A stretch of 64,000 nucleotides of DNA from Octopus vulgaris. Taxonomy: Eukaryota. The position numbers and the translations under genes are program-made. This document shows positions 62,701 to 64,000 of this stretch, one piece after another. The number at the start of each line of letters is the position of its first letter. Position 1 is the stretch's first letter. The notes below the pieces were generated by a model. The model was not told the origin of the DNA. It was given only the letters and a program-made list of their open reading frames with translations, and made no database searches. The stretch lies in NCBI GenBank assembly GCA_951406725.2, contig OX597814.1:115568001-115632000 (forward strand), in the 5' to 3' direction.

Positions 62701-63549
62701 TCTCAAAATTGCCATCTCTCTCTCTCTCTCAAACACCATGTCTCACTCTCATACAACTCCTATAGACCTTTCCTATCATCTTCAATAAATAACCATTTTG
62801 AACAGAGGCACAAGGCCAGAAACTTAGAGGGAATGGAAAATGTACATTATATCAACCTCAGTATCTGGCTGTACATTATTTTGTTGATCCCAAAAGGATA
62901 AAAGGCAGAGCTGACTGTGGGAAGAATTGAAGTCAAACTGTAAAAGGGCCAGAGAAAATGCCACATGCCATTTTGCTAGACACACTAACTAACTTGTCAT
63001 TCCATAACCAGTCAATAAACAAGGTTGATAAAATATAAATAAATTAAATGAATCAGGTTTCTATTAACTCTTTAGTGTTTAAATTACTCTGCCAAATGTA
63101 AAGCTTATTCATTCATATTGTTTTGAATTAATCATGTATTATCTCATAGCTTTGAGATTTTGATGATGTTATTGTCTATTTTTAGAATGGCATTGTAGGG
63201 TAGGTGTGAGAGGTTAGATCAGGTCAGTCTGAACTTAAGACAGGAGGTATATCCGGGCTGGATATAACCGGTCTAAATGCTAAAGAGTTATGGAAAAATG
63301 GAGAAAATTTACATAATTGCAGTTACATTAATTCCATTTATCATTATCACTTTGTAGCTAAATATATGAAGCTATATGGTTGCTTGATTTACAAGAAATG
63401 GCAGCTAAACCTCCTCAAATTACAACGGTCTCAAAAGTGGAAGACATCTGCATTTAGGATTTTGTAGCCCAGGGTACATTAGACCTTAAATAACAATAGG
63501 GACAGACTTGGTTTTATTACATACCAGATGCCTACATAATAGTTTTGTA

Positions 63550-63584
<35 letters not shown>

Positions 63585-64000
63585 TGTGCGTGCATGTATA
63601 TATAGTTTTTTTTCTATTAAAACTGAAGCTGAAAGCTTGTCTGACAACTCAAGTTTCAAGCTATTGTGATCTTTAGGCAAAGATCAAGTCACAAGACAAG
63701 CTCTCAGCTTCAGTTTGCATAAAAAACAAACAATATCCTATACAAGTGTTGAGCACTCTTTCCCATTTGTCCAACCTTTATACATCATCATCATCATTTA
63801 ACGTCCGTTTTCCATGCTAGCATGGGTTGGACAGTTCGACCAGGGTCTGGGAAGCCAGGTGGCTGCACCAGGCTCCAGTCTGATCTGGCAGTGTTTCTAC
63901 AGCTGGATGCCCTTCCTTATGCCAACCACTCTGTGAGTGTAGTGGGTGCTTTTTACGTGCCACCAGCACAGGTGCCAGGGGAGGCTGGCAACGGCCACGA

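Noticed and set aside
59800-64000. Further upstream SBNO exons or promoter
   Set aside because: No convincing coding exon or CpG-rich promoter was recognised; the region looks intronic with repeats, although a short divergent exon could have been missed.

Overview
AT-rich, repeat-dense animal genomic DNA. The SINE/LINE families and microsatellite content resemble an octopus (coleoid cephalopod) genome; this is an inference from recognising the repeats. The window holds two convergent protein-coding genes. (1) On the minus strand are 27 coding exons (58977 to 15968; 3570 nt, 1189 aa plus stop, exon phases all consistent) of a strawberry notch (SBNO1/sno) gene whose 5' end lies beyond the window. 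It contains a U12-type (minor spliceosome) intron, an exon starting with a perfect AG|GTAAGT motif, and a His13 run. (2) On the plus strand are the last two coding exons of a RAB5IF/C20orf24-like gene (1113-1242, 5070-5114). The rest is tRNA-derived SINEs, many 3' tails of an RTE-clade LINE, one 5'-inverted RTE copy with a PHD-like finger inside its RT region, four mariner remnants, piggyBac-like and hAT-like MITEs, a non-autonomous Helitron and several long fold-back repeats. The most unusual signal is a set of small non-coding retroelements with hammerhead-ribozyme cores: a ~350-bp circularly permuted monomer (retrozyme or Penelope pLTR-like) at two loci, one of them sense within an SBNO intron, and a tRNA-headed SINE with a hammerhead tail. 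One monomer locus and the SINE each have a 13-bp target-site duplication. All coordinates were read by hand; ribozyme activity and novelty are unverified.
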